NCBI GenBank assembly: GCA_002189035.1
Contig: NEEC01000004.1
Coordinates: 3,472,001 to 3,536,000 of the forward strand
Source: Utricularia gibba
Taxonomy: Eukaryota > Plantae > Magnoliophyta
Reading direction: 5' to 3'
Length of the DNA stretch: 64,000 bases
Shown: positions 26,071 to 37,330 of the stretch, piece after piece
Layout: every line of letters starts with the position of its first letter
Position numbering within the stretch: the first letter of the stretch is position 1
Made by a program: the position numbers and the translations under genes
Notes under the pieces: model-generated
Told to the model about the DNA's origin: nothing
What the model saw: only the letters and a program-made list of their open reading frames with translations
Database searches by the model: none

Positions 26071-27716
26071 CATATAATATAATCAAAAACTTAAAGATAG
26101 GTAATTTATTCTCATGTAGTAGTTATATTTATTGTTGATTATAATTATATTTTTATTTGTTTAGGTGGAATGTGAAAAAAATGTTTTTGATTTTATGGAT
26201 CTTGATAATATTAATAAAATTTATACATGAATTGTAGAAGACAAAGAAGATCTATTCGTGGATAAGAAAGATTTAGAGCAAATATATCATGAAAAGTTAG
26301 ATTTCATATGTTCAAATAAAGAAAATGATGATGATGCTATTGAAGAAGAAGGTAATGTTTATCTTATTATAAATATTAATATTTTTTAAAATTATTCAGA
26401 AAAATGTGTTTTTTATGATATTGAATTTAAAATTTTTTCAACATTAATGGTAAGAGATGATTATTAGGATCTCTCATCGTTACAACTACAAATAAACAGC
26501 ATGAGTTCAAATGAGAATCAAATGGATGATTAACAATTATATTTTCATTGAATTATCTTGTTTATTATGTTATTTTACTTGATACTTATATTGAATTTAG
26601 ATAATTTGACTTTGATATCATTTTTATTATTTTATTTTATTATGATTAGTAGATGTGTTTCATTCCATATTCATTAATTATGTTGAAGTCGTTTCAAGTT
26701 TTATTCTTATAGTACATTTATATGCTAATTATTATTGAAAAATTAGTTTATGCTTTGTATAATAATATTAAATAAATAAATATATATATTTAATAAATTG
26801 GTGTACTGGTTCACCTAGAACTATCACAAAAACAATCGATTTTATGTATCTGAGATGAAAACGTACTTGAGTCGGATTGTTTGATTCTTTCTCACAAGAT
26901 TTCCCTACAATACTCCCACTCTTCAAAGGATTACAAACAGCAACGAGTGCTCAAATAGGTTTATTCCATGAATAAGGAATGAGGCAGGTTATGCACTTGC
27001 CATGAAATGATGTATTATTAATCTCATCATAACTCAATTAAAGCTTTAATTTTGCTCCAAAAGTTTGGGACTCTTTAAGGCATTAAGGTATATTTTCTTA
27101 ATTTTAAATTGTACTTAACATATATAATTAAATCAAACAATAAATTTATATAACCATTAGATAAATCTGAAAATTTTAATCAGTAAAATCTTACAAAACT
27201 CTATTCTTTCATTAGAAAAAGAAAAGTACAACATTTTTTTCTTTTTAAAATAAGAAAAGCAATTGAAATAATGATAACACACATTTTCATATTACTTATT
27301 TGTCATGTATTAGGAAATTAATGTAATTACTAATAAAATCATATGTTCTGAATATGATTTTAACTATTTTTGAATATTTATTACTGTTTACATATTTGTT
27401 ACAAAATTAGACTAAATAACTAATTTATCAGTATTTAACCATCGTCTAATCGTCGGTAGTATTAAGATGCATGACAACATTTATAGGATTATTTCTCGAC
27501 TGTCTCCGAGGGACGGTTGAACGAGCTCGCTCCGGCTGGCCCCTGCGACACCTCAGGGGCAAGTATAAGCACACGTGCCTACACCACGATCCAGCTATAG
27601 TTTTTACTAATTCTGAGCATGTTATTCAGTATATAAGAAACATTTAAGATAATCCAAATTCCCTGAAAAGAGAAGAAAAAGTTGGGCACAGATATCCTTC
27701 ACCTGTCCGTCACTCA

Positions 27717-29238
27717 CTAGCTGGGGACGACGACGACACCATCCGCTGCAGGTGATGATTCGGGTACCTGGTTCTTGGAAAGAGATTTGGGCAGGTCCAG
27801 GTCATCTTGATAGCATCGTTGCTGTGGATGGCACAGAAGCACAGCCATGTTACGGAAGAGAGCACGGGTCAAACCCTGACCGCTCTCCAGTATGTAGCCT
27901 TCGTATTCACTCAGCCGCTCCAGGGCATCCACCAGAGTGTCGTAGACCAACTGAGGGCAGTTATCGGGTCCAGGCTTGTCATGGAGGTAAATGACATCCA
28001 AAGTGAAGAGCTTTACAGCTGAAGGCAGCTGATACTGTGGTGGAGTTGATGACCTACAGTAGATCAATACCTGCAAGAAAAGGAGAAGGGGACTTCCTTA
28101 TAGCTAGAAGCATATGTTCCAGAAAGCGTCCAAAAAACTATGGGAAGACAAACAAGAATGATGAACCACATCAGACGTGGTAGAAGAGTATGCATGCCCC
28201 TATGAGTTTCCAGATGTACTTGCCAACACACACAACTCAAACTGCAAGCTAGTGAATGCTGGGAAATGGACAAAAGGGGATAAGGGATCACATAGAGCAG
28301 AGGATATACCCCATCATTCCCATACCATTAATTTTATCAGAAAGCATAGCTAGGGATGCATCAAACTTCTTTAAAACATTCAGAAAAGTTGGAGCAGTCA
28401 CAGGATACTCACAACTCGGAATATCCGATTCTGTGCTCGAGATTTTTTGGCTTCATGATTAGCTACTTTGAATAGATGAGTAAGATCTGCCTGAGTCGAA
28501 GACCTATCGACTGAGATGCCTCTCAGGGCAGCAAGAGTGGAGTCAATATCACTGCTGAACTCTTTCCGGAGCTTCACAATCAAACAAATGAGCCAGATAA
28601 ATCAACAGATTCATCCAAAAACATAGTCGCTACATTTGGAAGGGCATTATTTCAAAACGGTGAAGAATTGGTCATGAAAGTAGATAACTTTTTTTTATAT
28701 CAACTCTTAAGAAGATAACTTACGTAAACACAGATACAATTCACTAACTATAATAAGGGCATCCACAAACATATTTCCCTGTCATACAATCAAGCCCAGT
28801 TCAAACAAACCTAATTCAGAAACACACACATATCCAATAGACTTCAGGCCGATAAACAGGGGAAGGGATACTCCATCAGAAGGCAACCGTACGCTGATTA
28901 TCGAACCTAAAAAATTACCTGAGCCTAAAAGAAGATGTACAACGCATTCTTACCCACTCAATAGGTTTGGAGAGAGTGCAGAAGGCGAATCTGTGTTCAG
29001 GATGGATTGTTAGCTTAGCATGAACAAACATCATAACAGCCTGCTTTATTGCGTCTTGTCTAGTGAAGGGCCGGCCATTGGATCCCGTGACCTTCATCTC
29101 CGCCATGGATTCCGGGCCAACGTCTATACAGAATAGTATGTCCTCACTACAAAATGGCACCGCTGGAAGCGTATACCCCCCGCCGGCAACGGCGCATCCT
29201 CCGTGTGGCGACGGCGAGTTGACGTTCCTGGAGTCCAT
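27717..29238 (-). CDS. BABAM1: BRISC and BRCA1-A complex member 1 (MERIT40/NBA1)-like, vWA-like fold; complement(join(27717..28070,28413..28571,28954..29238)), ~265 aa
   Basis: GT-AG junctions all in phase 0 give an open frame: EDILFCIDVGPES...HRFAFCTL...W|LRKEFSSD...ADLTHLFKVA...RIFRV|VLIYCRSS...LFTLDVIYLHDKPGPDNCPQLVYDTLVDALE...LLCHPQQRCYQDD. Recognised from memory as the plant MERIT40 family. Confidence 0.85.
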
Positions 29239-31049
29239 GTCAGAAATCTCGCCACAACCCTGATCGAGAGCGAGAAGATGCAGTCCGGAATCTTTGTATA
29301 CAAAATATGATGTTTCAATTTTTTTTCCCTGTTTATTTTAGAATTTAAGAGAAACAAAATAAGCAATTAGATAATAAAAAAATATGCAAGGTTTAAGATT
29401 GTAGTTAATTTGATGTTTTAATTAAAAATAATAATAATTGTTTTTGTGCCAGCTTTGGTTGATTTTGCAAACTTTTTATCTCAATTATTTTATATTTTTA
29501 GATATATTTTATATCTTTTATATTAATTTGATCTTTTTAAAGTAAAATTGTATTTTGTAACTTTTCAGAATAATTTTGGCCTGATTTAAAGGAAATTGGA
29601 GTTAACTTTAGTGGAGTCAAAGATTTGACACATCAAATAAAGATTTAGTCAAATATTCTCAAATAATATAAGTTTCACATATTATTTTTGAAGATTTGGA
29701 TCTTATACTAGAAAATTTACATCTTATCTTAAAATATTTAGATAGAAGATTTAATATGAAACCATTAAGAAATCCCTACAAATCTACATTATTATATAAA
29801 GACCATGTGCCCTAAGACCGGAGGAGAGAGTCAATTTTTAGATGTAGAGTCGAGTTTAGCATGTTTTGAATTCCTTTCTTTTCGTCTTTCATCAACTTGT
29901 GTTATTTAGAATCGAGCATGTACGTGTGTGAATGCTTGTGACTAAAGATCTGCAATGAACCTTTACTTGCAGAAATTCGACGCGTGTGATTGAATTACTA
30001 TGTTCTTCAATATTTAATTTGAAGTTTAATTCTGTTTTTCGCAATGTTTTCAGGTGACGAATGTAGGGTTAGATTTGGGTGTGAGTAAAACATGAATTAT
30101 TATAACATGTGAAATGGTTATAGTGGCATAGTTGATTTCATAATGCCGTTAAATAAGGGACGATGCTATAACAATTATTGAGTTACACTATTTTAGAATA
30201 ACATCCTCAAAACTTACACAAACAGGTTAGTTCTCAAGATATGCACACATACATAAAGATGAGTTTTAAACAAGGTTGATCTTAATACCATTGCAAAATT
30301 ACCATCAAATAAAATGTAATAAATTTTTTAAAAAAACATCATATGTTTGATACAAATTTAATCAATAACAAATAAAATGTAGATGCCACCAAGGACTTGT
30401 AAACTCTTACATGTAAAATTCTTAAGGAGTTTGGGATAGAATGATGAGTTGGTGGCAAATGCACCTAGGGAATTGGGGACTACATAAATTGTTAAAAAAA
30501 ATTGAATAACTTACAATAGAAAAGATCGTGATTTATTGTTGGAAAACTATCATATCATGCACTCTTTGAACCATATGGAAAAATAGGATGAAGGATTATT
30601 TTAGATTCCAATGAAAATAGACTTACGCAGCAACCCTCAATATCAAGCAAGCAGCATCAACATGTTAGCCGTGATAAAAAAGAGATGCAAGAAGAACTTT
30701 ATCTTTATTCAAACAACTGTATTAAAGTGGATTGAAAGACAAGATAATATTATGCTATCAATTTATTAGTGGCTGATAACCTTGAGACGTGTTCAAAGTG
30801 GAGCCAATGTCACGAGCAATGGCATCTATAACTTAGTCTTGATCAAAAGTGCAAATGATGTATGGTATAGTTTGTAAAATGGAGAATTAATTGGGGAAAT
30901 AACCTCAAGGACATTCATGTTATGAAATGATTATGTGATAATAACTCAAAGTTTTCAGTGTTTTAAGATTATTAATGGGTAATATTATATTAAGAAATTA
31001 TGATTGTATTAAGCATTTTGGTATTTTTGTTATTAGCAATATTATTCTA

Positions 31050-31370
31050 TGTATTTTATTTTAAATTGGGACTAAATATTTGATTTAATTATTTTTCTTA
31101 AAACAATACATCATATTCTCAACAATCCAAATACTGAGAAGCTAAAAATGTACAATGGAGGTAAGAGGAAAATGTGCACAAAAGGAAATAAAGAGAGGCA
31201 TCAAATCCAAGAAGATGAAGAAGAAAATTTTTGGACAAGAATGAGAAGAGAAAAAAAAGATTTGAAGAACTTCAAAAACCTACAAGGAGGTCTAGAGAAG
31301 GGGGGTCTAAAGAAAAATCACCAAAGAACAACAAGGAAGGGGAAGAATGAAGAACTCAAATAAACATGGA
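31050..31370 (+). mobile_element. Fragment related to LTR family A
   Basis: TTGGGACTAAAT and AAATCCAAGAAGATGAA...GGACAA blocks are shared with 3260-3460 and 46240-46430. Confidence 0.45.
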
Positions 31371-31586
31371 GATTAATTGATAAACGGAAATTTCCTAATA
31401 TTGTGGCAATAAAAATAGAAATCCGTATCAAATAAATTTATAATCCCTAATCTACACAAAATACAAATTTAGAAAACTTGTATAATGAATTTCGGGGATG
31501 ATCACAAGGAGCTTATGTTTGTTAAGTGTTTTAGTAAATGCATAATTCAGAATAATAGTAGGTCTTAATCTAAGCTCGAACTAGCA

Positions 31587-32654
31587 GTGGCAAGTAAGTT
31601 CAGTAAACGAAATCAGGTTTCAAAATTGAAGGAAAAAGACAAGGTGAAGCTGAGTGAGAGCTGTTCAGCCCTTTTGACTTGTAAGCTACTTGAAAAACGC
31701 AAGGATCCTGGAACATTCTTTATTCCTTGCAAAATAGGTGATCTGAACATCAGAAAAGCAATGGCTGACCTGGGAGCCTCTATAAACGTGATGTCATTTT
31801 CTATGTATGAAACTCTCAGGTTAGGACCTCTACAAACCTCAGGAGTGCAAATTGAACTTGCTGACCGAAGATTTATTTCTCCAAAAGGCTTGGTTGAAGA
31901 CATTCTTGTGAAGATTGAGCAGCTAGTGTTTCTAGCAGACTTCTATGTGGTAAATATGCCTACTGGAAGTTCAAGGGATACGGCCATCATCCTTGGAAGA
32001 CCCTTTTTGAGCACCTCCAATGCCATAATTAATGTGAAGATGGGCACAATTGAGTTATCCTTTGATGAAGAAAAGATCACGCTAGACATGAAGGAAGTAA
32101 ACAATTATCCCAGCGATTTTAAGAGTATATGCTCAGTGGACGTGATGGATAAATTGGTTGAGGAGCATTTTGAGAAAGCTATCCAAGAGAAGGAAGAAGA
32201 GCATGAGGAATCATTTTTTGCAAGAGTGGAAGCTAAAAAAGAGTCAGAGCAGGTAAATGCTATGCAAATCTCCATGGAGGAGAGAACAGCTGAGTTGAAG
32301 CCATTGCCCACACACCTGAAGTACGCATTCTTGGATGAAGAAATGAACAATCCGGTTATCATCTCAAATAGTCTTAGCTTAGACCAAGAGTCGCGACTGC
32401 TGGAGGTGCTCATCAGGAACAAGAAGGCGATTGGCTGGACTCTTACAGATATTGAAGGCATATCTCCTTTTATATGTATGCACATGATTCTATTAGAAGA
32501 TGGAGCAAAACCTGTTCGCCAACCACAAAGGTGTTTCAACCCAAATATGATGGAAGTAGTAAAGAAGGAATTTGTCAAACTCCATGATGCAGGTATTATC
32601 TATTCGATTACAGACAACGAATGAGTGAGTCTAATCCATGTGGTGCCCAAGAAA
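31587..32654 (+). pseudogene. Athila-type Gypsy pol fragment: aspartic protease, spacer, start of RT
   Basis: KRKDPGTFFIPCKIG...AMADLGASINVM...LADR; ELKPLPTHLKYAFL; PVRQPQRCFNPNMMEVVKKEFVKLHDAGIIY...HVVPKK. Confidence 0.9.
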
Positions 32655-33200
32655 ACTTTGTGTTCAAATAATGGAGGGGAGTAAATAGCAACGAAGCTCA
32701 AAAAAATTTGCAAAAAAAAAAAAGGTATAATTCAGCTCTATACTACTTCACATACACCATAGCAAAATGGTGTATGTGAACGAAAGAATAGAACTATATT
32801 AAACACGATCAGGTGACTATTGTATGAAAAATCTATGCCTATAGTGTTTTGAATAGAAGTTGTTGCTACATCTTATTGAATTTACAACCTCCTAGACCTC
32901 TGTAAGGAAAATCACCTCATATATTATGATTGAACATGAAAAGAATGGTTGGAGGTCTTAAAATATTTGGATGTGTTTGTTATGTTCATGTTCCAGATTC
33001 AAAACTAACTAAGCTTGAGGATAAAGCACAATTCGGAATTTTTGTTGGATATAAAAATGTGACAACAGGTAATAGAATTTATATGCTTGAGTCAAAATCT
33101 ATAGTGATCATTTTGGATGTCATATTTCATGAGAATTCAAAGTTTGATTGGAATAATAATATAGTGCATTGTGATTCTACAGACCAAAAGAAACCTATTG
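32655..33200 (+). pseudogene. Copia integrase fragment
   Basis: TLCSNNGGE...TP*QNGVCERKNRTILN...LKIFGCVCYVHVPDSKLTKLEDKAQFGIFVGY...DVIFHE. Confidence 0.85.
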
Positions 33201-34169
33201 ACCAAAGTGTATCTACTACTCAAAATTTGATAGAACCTGTGGAAAATATCAGAAACTTTGAAGAAAATGGCCCAGATAGCAGCACTCAGGCATTCAAACA
33301 TTCAGGTACAGCAAATGTTTACAACAGTAGTGAACTTAGGTTTGAAGAAAGTTTAAGTAGTGATATGCAAACAGACAATGCTATTTCTATTGTTGTTCCT
33401 AATCCCTGCACATAACTAAGACCACATAGTAAACAAGTCAATCTTTTTTTTCCATTACTAGTTGAAAGACTTGTATATTGCTAATCAATATCATATTTGA
33501 CTCTTTTTTTATGATTATCAACACTAGTTGGAAAAACATCAAAATCCATTCCTATAGTAAAAAAAGGAAATCAATGATGATTAAATATTTTCAGTAATAA
33601 TTTTTCACCAAACAGAAATTTATAGCACATTCAATAATCTTGAGTAAAATCATCAAACATAAATACACACAACAAACAAATCATTCTGCAACAATAATAA
33701 TAGAATAAAAAAACTAAACCCCCATGAATAAAAATACCACATAGAATAATGAGATGCAACCAAAATTTAATGTTAAATTGCTAATGTAAAGTGGAATAAT
33801 GCAAGATTGGAAGTACAATTGAAATGTATTTACATCAATTTAATTAAAATAAAAAAAAGCTTAAGAAGGTTCAAGTTCAATCATTAAAGTAAAAATTCGA
33901 AAAAAAGTACTTAAAAAATGCACACTAATTGTAGAGGCATCAATATCCATTGTGATTATTCGTTTGAAAACCACAAAAAAAAATTGGACCAACGATCCCA
34001 CAAATCCTAGGGAAGAGTAGAAATAGATAATTCCGCTTCTTTTTCGCCACATGCTCATAAAAGCCCTAATCTGCCAATTTTTATTGAAAAAGAATTGATC
34101 CAGAAACCAGTTCCCGTTTTTTCCAGTCGGACCGGATGGCCTGATCCATTTTTTAAACCACTGAGTGAA

Positions 34170-34658
34170 ACAATCAATTCATAATCATCCAACGAGTAGT
34201 CAGTTCTTATTATGTAAAGTGGATGCAAGCAATGATAGTCGAAATCTAGGTGAATATGCCCAAAAACCATCAATGGTCAACAATGAAGAATAAGATGATA
34301 TTTCAACAAATTATAATTCAATGGATGATTTGAGGAATAGTATTTGTTCTACTATGTGGTGAAAATATTATCACCAATATTGAAATACAACATGTAGATG
34401 AACATATTAACCAATTTGTACCGTTCGTTATTGTATTTCAAGTAATGCATTTGAATAATTTAAACTTTGATTTCATTTGATTAATATAAAGAAAATGAAA
34501 ATATTTATGTTTTTATTATTATGGTATTTTGGTTGTTTATCAAACAATTTTGTTTTATATTCTCATTGCATAACATAGCATTACTATTCCATTAAAAACT
34601 CATTCTTATTCTTAAGAAAATGAGAATATAAAGTTAATAAAGTATTCCGAATGGACCC
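34170..34658 (+). mobile_element. PIF/Harbinger 3' end relic
   Basis: NSMDDLRNSICSTMW* resembles the Harbinger transposase C-terminus; terminal CCGAATGGACCC followed by TAA. Left end not found. Confidence 0.4.
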
Positions 34659-35059
34659 TAAATACCAATCAAAAAATTATGTCGGGAAACTGCATCTGCT
34701 TTGGTGACTAATTGTGGTGTCCTTTGCCCTCTGCTTGTGCTGGGGGTTGAGTTAAAAAGGAAAATGGGGCGAAGGTTTGGGAGAGTTTGAAAAATAGGAT
34801 ATAAATTTATGTTCTTACTATCCACTATTTCATATAAATTGTATAAATAGGATATAAATTGTATATTTCTTTTTCATGTATTTAATTCTCAAACTTACGA
34901 ATTGCGTCAAATTACAAAATTCATCATACACCCATTTTAGATACTGGTGATTTATGTATTCGGAAAACGTCGTTTTGGGTTGCTTAGTATTTTTGAAAGT
35001 GGTATTTCAGGTAGCATGAATTTGAGTTGATGGTTGCCAAATGATAAATAAAAAAATTC

Positions 35060-35340
35060 TCAGCACCACAAACTTTAGTGTTCGATATCTATTATTTTTT
35101 TGATTTTTAATTAGTTGAAAAATTTCAGACATTGTAAATCAACCACTACAAATCAACATTAGCAGTACCATGGAGAATTAATAAATAAAATAATTCTCAA
35201 TATTGCAAATTAGTTTATGATGCACTTGCAGCATACAACACTTTGGGGCACCTAAAATTCATGTTCGCAATGCCTACAAGAATTAATAAATAAAATAATG
35301 CGAAACACCACAAATCAATGTTTGTGGTGCCTGAAGTTAT
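35060..35340. repeat. Degenerate palindromic-unit array beside a MULE relic
   Basis: CACCACAAA-TCAATG-TTTGTGGTG (perfect 9-bp stem, ~35305-35328) plus degenerate relatives; GAATTAATAAATAAAATAAT occurs twice. Confidence 0.5.
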
Positions 35341-35599
35341 AGCACACAATACTTTTAGACCCACACAGTACAAAGCAACAACTGGGATATTTGAAATATT
35401 GTTATATCTAATTAAGTAAAAATTACAATAATTGCCACATCAATTTATGTTGTTCGTGGGAGAATCTCATGGATGTCCTTTGTTTAACAATTTTTTTAAA
35501 AAATAATGTAAACATAATGAGAATGTAGTATAAATATCAGATTTTTAAGAAAAAAGTTTAGCTAAAAATTGAATACAAATTTTTGTAATTTATAACGGT

Positions 35600-37330
35600 A
35601 TCCTATAATATAAATAATACAAAAAAAATTTAAATGATGACTTTTAAGTAAAAGAATTTTTCTGGGATTTGTGTCCTTTTCGACAATGTACATTGTAACC
35701 TTGTATCTCTTTGATTCGTTTTGATAATAAGTTATGCAAACAAGGAATAACATACCTTTTATTACAAACTCATAAAAGAAATCATAGAACTTATTTCATA
35801 TTGCTCCTTCATGCACAATTATGCAGACAAGAGTAATTGACGTTGAATACTGTTAAGTGTCATTTTCTAGTTATTTATTAGGTATTATTATGTATTAATC
35901 TAGTGTTAAGTTGCTCAATTTAGGATTTATATTGATAAATATTCTATATCCTTAGAAAAATACTATTTTTCTATTTTGTATATATTTTCTGTCTTTTTTC
36001 TTACACTTTGACCGAGACATGTCAGGAGACTATCGTGGAGTGTTGCAGAAGTATTGCAGGTGGTCAGAGTCTTACTTTTCGTGCCTTGTACGCGACTTGG
36101 AACAATTATGGGTAGAAGAATTGACACTGGTCAAGGCCCATGACTTACGGCATGTCAGAGTCTGCAGCAATAATTGGATGCTAACTTGCACGCAAAGGAA
36201 AGTTGCTGGCACACACAAGACAGAAGGAATGATGAGAAGGGGATTCAATGGAGTTAATACACGTGGAGAGTGATATAAAAGCCACTTGGAGCACTAAGTT
36301 TCGGATCTTTTGAACCTTCCTTTCTAGAACTTAGAACTTTTGAGTTCTTCCTCCGAAGAAGAACACTTAGTTTCCAATTTCTGTTTTCATGGCTCTTTGT
36401 GGCTAAAACCCTTTAGTTTCTGGAAAGTAGATGAAGTTTCCTTCCAAGTCTTGAGCAATACACTCGGTTCTTCGCTGAATTTAATTCGGATTTTGCATAT
36501 TTCCACGCATCTTGTTGCAGTCTTTCTGTAACAACTCTAGTCAAGGTCCATGAGTAGTAGGCCACTCCTCGCGGATTTTGATGAAGATCAAGGTAAAGAG
36601 CACCAACTCCAACCCTACCGGTTCGAGGGAAGTAGCGGATTGTTTGTGGCCTAGGTACCGGGACAGTGAACAGGTTGTGACCTTGGACCTGCCACTGGCC
36701 ATTAGCAACAGCTAGGCACACGTGCACAATTCAGTTTTGAAGGCAATCAAAGGCAATCCTCTTGTCTTCCTAATCGTCCAAGGGGGAATCACATGAGGCT
36801 ATTCCCGTGCCTCCTTGTCAATCAGAGTGTAAGGGAGAGTTGGCTATTCCTTGCTCTTATAACCAGCTATTCGGAAGAAATCAGTGAAAACCGAGGCAAG
36901 GATGGATAAAGGAAGGAGATGGAATCTCATTCCTAGGAACTGCGTACTGTAGTCAAGGCCCATCACTTAGGTTGTAACTTTTATTTCTGCATCTTAAAAA
37001 CCCCCTTTTGCAAAACCGTGATATTTTGTGAAAGTTTCTTACAAACACTTTCACGAAAAACAACTCCCTGAGATCGATACTGGTACTACGCTTTTTGTGT
37101 TTTACGTTTTATAAATATTTAAAATTTGTTGAGGAAACGACACGCAACAAATACCTTTAAAATTTTGCACATGCACTTGAATGTTATCACTATCCATTTT
37201 AATGAAATATCCTAAGTACAAATAAATCAATATTTTTCTCAAATCACAAGGATAAGAATTGGTACTTTTCATCTCATAAATCCTAATAAGACCACATTGT
37301 AAAAAGACTACAATATATATGCATAATATG
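35600..37330 (-). pseudogene. MULE transposase relic interrupted by a solo LTR
   Basis: TTGCTCCTTCAT at ~35800 matches the HDEGARY region of the mudrA relic at ~16510; LGYFIKMDSDNIQVH on the other side of the LTR. Confidence 0.45.
35851..37149 (+). mobile_element. Solo LTR, family B, 1299 bp
   Basis: TGTTAAGTGTC...GACACGCAACA with perfect TSD AATAC (35846-35850 and 37150-37154). Confidence 0.92.

Larger units (their letters stand above)
2561..26830 (+). mobile_element. Degenerate hAT-derived element, discontinuous (outermost host of the nest); own sequence about 2561-3132, 4270-4520, 26071-26830
   Basis: 4390-4520 translates IKILRQTASSLGCECNCKIFDQIHPRRMNILIHKRLDNLVCI. After removing the Copia and one TSD copy it continues QYNQKLKDR then a GT donor (26076-26102), matching the hAT C-terminal dimerisation domain (ILSQTxSSSGCERNWS...RLNDLVYVxYN). 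Ends are weak: CAGGGGTAGCTGCAAGG...GGTGAACCAATAC at 2561 versus GTACTGGTTCACC at 26803. Confidence 0.6.

Noticed and set aside
29600-31000. Copia LTR and RNase H relic upstream of BABAM1
   Set aside because: Only weak hints (MIMCDNNS-like motif near 30930); no LTR pair or TSD found.
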